Source: an uncultured Roseburia sp. (GTDB taxonomy: Bacteria > Bacillota > Clostridia > Lachnospirales > Lachnospiraceae). From it: a DNA stretch of 64,000 bases. Position numbers and translations under genes: made by a program. The notes beneath the pieces are model-generated. The model did not search any database and was not told the DNA's origin. It was given only the letters and a program-made list of their open reading frames with translations. The stretch is from contig CAZAMD010000003.1 in assembly GCA_964486485.1 (NCBI GenBank), positions 15,366 to 79,365 on the forward strand, read 5' to 3'. Below, piece by piece: positions 61,076 to 64,000 of this stretch (its first letter is position 1; each line of letters starts with the position of its first letter).

Positions 61076-61696
61076 ATGAAGGTTATATTAGTCAATGGAA
61101 GTCCTAAGGAAAGAGGATGTACGCACACGGCGCTGGAGGAAGTGGCAAGAGCGCTGCAGCAGCAGGGGATCGAAACGGAGATCTTTTGGGTGGGGGTAAA
61201 GCCGGTGGCGGGATGTATCGGCTGCGGCGCCTGCTTTTCTACCGGAAAATGCTTTGTGGAGGATACGGTCAATGAATTTGTAGAAAAGGCAAAGACAGCG
61301 GATGGATTTATTTTCGGCTCTCCGGTGCATTACGCGGCGGCGACCGGCGCCATCACCTCTTTTTTAGACCGGGCATTTTGCGGCAAGGGAAAGGTTTTTG
61401 AGGGGAAACCGGGGGCGGCGGTGGTCAGCTGCAGGAGAGGCGGCGCATCCGCGGCCTTTGACCAGTTAAATAAATATTTTACCATCAGCAGCATGCCCGT
61501 CGTATCCTCCCAGTACTGGAATCAGGTGCACGGCAGCACGCCGGAGGAGGTGAGGCAGGACGCGGAAGGGATGCAGACGATGAGAACCCTGGGAAACAAT
61601 ATGGCATGGCTGCTGAAATGCATTGAGGCGGGCAGGAATGCCGGGATCGCGTTCCCGGAGCGGGAGATGCCCATGAGAACGAATTTCATCCGGTAG
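61076..61696 (+). CDS. iron-sulfur flavoprotein / flavodoxin family (FMN_red)
   Basis: NGSP, CIGCGAC...C, GSPVHY, RRGG, SSQYWN. Confidence 0.9.
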   Translation: MKVILVNGSPKERGCTHTALEEVARALQQQGIETEIFWVGVKPVAGCIGCGACFSTGKCFVEDTVNEFVEKAKTADGFIFGSPVHYAAATGAITSFLDRAFCGKGKVFEGKPGAAVVSCRRGGASAAFDQLNKYFTISSMPVVSSQYWNQVHGSTPEEVRQDAEGMQTMRTLGNNMAWLLKCIEAGRNAGIAFPEREMPMRTNFIR

Positions 61697-61760
61697 CTTT
61701 CGCATCGGAGGCTCCCGGAGGGAATGGAACACTGCGATTGATAGGAAAAAGGATACGGTT

Positions 61761-63260
61761 ATGTGGAAGACGAGTTGCGGGAAACTGCGGGAAAAAGAAG
61801 ATCTCAGGGAAACCTTACAGTTTTTGCGAAGCCAGGCAAAGGATGCCGAACGTGCGCGGGAGATGAGGGCATTGCTCCAAGAGGACGCTCTTTTAGAGGA
61901 ACTGCTGCGGGAGGAAGATCCGAAAGTGCGCAAAAATGCCGCGCTGCTGATCGGAGAGCTAGAGATGCAGCAGGCGATGGAGGCGCTTTTTGCGGCCTAT
62001 CAAAGAGAAGAAACGTTATTTGTAAAAAGCGCCTACCTGACGGGATTGAGCAGACTCGAGGTTTCCGGGATCTCTCGGCAGCTGAAAGACAGGATGGAGG
62101 TCCTCTCCCGCATAGTTCCGGCGGAAAATGAAAAAAAGCATCTCAATGAGGAGATGCGCCAGTTGAGCAAAATCTTAACGCGGCTAGAGAGGATCAAGAG
62201 GCACCATTTCACTGGAGCGGCGAAAGCCTGCGAGCTGGTGCTGACGGCAAACCCGAACTGCCGCGGCGTAACGGCAAAAGAGGCTGCGGAAGTGCCGCCT
62301 GTCATAAGAAGGAGCATAAAGCCACACCCCCTTGGCGTATCCGTACATACAAAGGATATCCTGCCCTTTGCGAGGCTGCGGACGTACAGGGAGCTGCTGT
62401 TTCCCGTCTATACCGAGGGGGAGATCCGCAAAGATCCGGAGGAGGCAGCGGCGGATTTATGGCATTCGGGCTTGTGGGCGTTTTTAACGTCCTGCCATAA
62501 AGAGGAAAATCCGTTTTATTTCCGGCTGGAAGTAAGGGCAAACATGGATCTGCGGCAAAAGAGCGCCTTTTCTAAAAAGCTTGCCGCCGGGCTTGAGCGC
62601 CTTTCCAAACGGATGCTCATCAATTCCCCCGGGGATTATGAGGTGGAAATACGTCTTTTGGAAAACAAAGAAGGCAGGCTGTTTGCGTTCCTGAAGCTGT
62701 TTACGCTGCCGGTAAAACGTTTTGCCTACCGGAAGAACGCGGTTTCCGCTTCCATACATCCCGCGGCGGCAGCCGCGCTGGTGAAGCTGGCACAGCCTTA
62801 CCTGAAAGAGTGCGCGCAGATTTTAGACCCGTTCTGCGGCGTCGGGACTATGCTGATCGAGAGGGATATCCTGGTTCCCGCGCGGGAAAAATACGGCATT
62901 GACACTTTCGGGGAAGCCGTTGACGGTGCAAGGGAGAACGCGGCTTTAGCGGGCAAGAGGATACATTTTATCCACAGGGATTATTTTGATTTCACCCACG
63001 GATATCTGTTCGATGAGATCATTACCAATATGCCCGCGCGCGGAAAAAAGACAAAAGAAGAGACGGATGCCTTTTATGCGGATTTTTTTGCGAAATCGAA
63101 AACGATGCTGGCTCCGGAGGGGAAGATGATCCTTTATACGAATGAAGAGGGGTTCGTGAAAAAACAGATCAGGCTCCACCGGGAATACAGGCTTTTGCAG
63201 GAGTTCTGCGTGCGGGAAAAAGAACACGATTACTTATATATTGTTGGATTAAAGAGGTAG
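61761..63260 (+). CDS. HEAT-repeat + THUMP-like SAM-dependent (RNA) methyltransferase
   Basis: EDPKVRKNAALLIG HEAT; ILDPFCGVGT, GID, IITNMP. Confidence 0.75.
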   Translation: MWKTSCGKLREKEDLRETLQFLRSQAKDAERAREMRALLQEDALLEELLREEDPKVRKNAALLIGELEMQQAMEALFAAYQREETLFVKSAYLTGLSRLEVSGISRQLKDRMEVLSRIVPAENEKKHLNEEMRQLSKILTRLERIKRHHFTGAAKACELVLTANPNCRGVTAKEAAEVPPVIRRSIKPHPLGVSVHTKDILPFARLRTYRELLFPVYTEGEIRKDPEEAAADLWHSGLWAFLTSCHKEENPFYFRLEVRANMDLRQKSAFSKKLAAGLERLSKRMLINSPGDYEVEIRLLENKEGRLFAFLKLFTLPVKRFAYRKNAVSASIHPAAAAALVKLAQPYLKECAQILDPFCGVGTMLIERDILVPAREKYGIDTFGEAVDGARENAALAGKRIHFIHRDYFDFTHGYLFDEIITNMPARGKKTKEETDAFYADFFAKSKTMLAPEGKMILYTNEEGFVKKQIRLHREYRLLQEFCVREKEHDYLYIVGLKR

Positions 63261-63264
63261 CATC

Positions 63265-64000
63265 ATGGCATTTTTGATCAGGAAAAGAGAAGAAAGGAAA
63301 ACGGGGATCAGACGGGGGCTGTTAGAGGCGCAGGCCATGCAGAAATTGCAGGACCGGTTTTGCGAGGCCAATCAGGTATATCTGATGTGCTTAAGCAAAG
63401 GGCAGGGATACCTCACAAAAGCATACGGTTCCAAAGCGGAGCTGGAATTTCTCCACAGCAGGATCGATCTGAACAAGAACGTAGAGCTGCTCCATAAACT
63501 GTCCGTCAGCGGCAGGGAGCGGGTGATGGAGGAAGCCTGCGGCGAGGAATATATAAAAGTGTGCGGGATCCCCATCCGCGTCAACAAAGAGGTGGAAGCC
63601 ATTTGGATCATGGCGGGCGTTTTAGACTGGTACAGCATAGGGCTGCCGGACTGCGTGATGCGGACCACTGCGGAGCGCTACTATAAATCCCTGGATCTTC
63701 TGATCGCCATTACAGAGCAGCTGTTTTCTGCCGGAAGGGAAGAACTGTTGGCACAGGAATCCTTCCTTAAGGGGAAGGAGACCCTGTCAAGGCTGAAATC
63801 GGCGCTGCACCGGAACGAGGCAATGTCAGGCATGATAAAAATGCTGGACTCTCAGGAGCCTGCCTGCGATGCGGCGGCGGCTGCCTTAAGGGAAGCCTGC
63901 GAGTATCTGGACGTCTCCCAGGGAGCGCTGCTTAAAGAGGGGGCGGACGGGGAGTCCGTGGAGGTGTTCTGCCGATACAGTGATTCCGCGGAAAAAGCTC
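63265..64000 (+). CDS. cytoplasmic sensor protein (PocR/GAF-like N-terminus), partial; runs off window end
   Basis: Manual translation MAFLIRKREE...MQKLQDRFCEANQV...CGIPIRV... open to window end; output domain not visible. Confidence 0.55.
   Translation, partial: MAFLIRKREERKTGIRRGLLEAQAMQKLQDRFCEANQVYLMCLSKGQGYLTKAYGSKAELEFLHSRIDLNKNVELLHKLSVSGRERVMEEACGEEYIKVCGIPIRVNKEVEAIWIMAGVLDWYSIGLPDCVMRTTAERYYKSLDLLIAITEQLFSAGREELLAQESFLKGKETLSRLKSALHRNEAMSGMIKMLDSQEPACDAAAAALREACEYLDVSQGALLKEGADGESVEVFCRYSDSAEKA

Overview
Chromosomal window from a Firmicute. Gene content and sequence style suggest Lachnospiraceae, which is an inference. It is mostly housekeeping: PPK2, glycogen phosphorylase, xylB with an XylA-II-type isomerase, purL/purC/purF/purB, guaB, gap-pgk-tpiA-gpmI, hisA, glnA, dapL and nrdG. 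Accessory or unusual material: (i) a Sau3AI/MutH-family type II restriction-modification pair just after purL; (ii) a signalling operon of an HD-GYP response regulator, a motif-degenerate DAG-kinase-fold protein and a hybrid histidine kinase; (iii) a non-canonical Tad/Flp-like locus with a CpaF/VirB11 ATPase, a TadB/TadC-like fusion and about 7 small single-pass proteins. Most of these share an N-terminal pattern, none has a prepilin cleavage motif, and three are too short for the ORF track; (iv) two copies of a 180-bp structured MITE with 13-bp TIRs and 8-bp target-site duplications; (v) a ~40-bp motif found four times, each time supplying the RBS of an unrelated gene; (vi) a second ~72-bp dispersed repeat; (vii) several intergenic short tandem arrays, one filling the purL leader. 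No rRNA, tRNA, CRISPR array, transposase or integrase was seen. Many start codons were moved from the ORF track to the RBS-supported start. All family calls come from motif recognition, not database searches.
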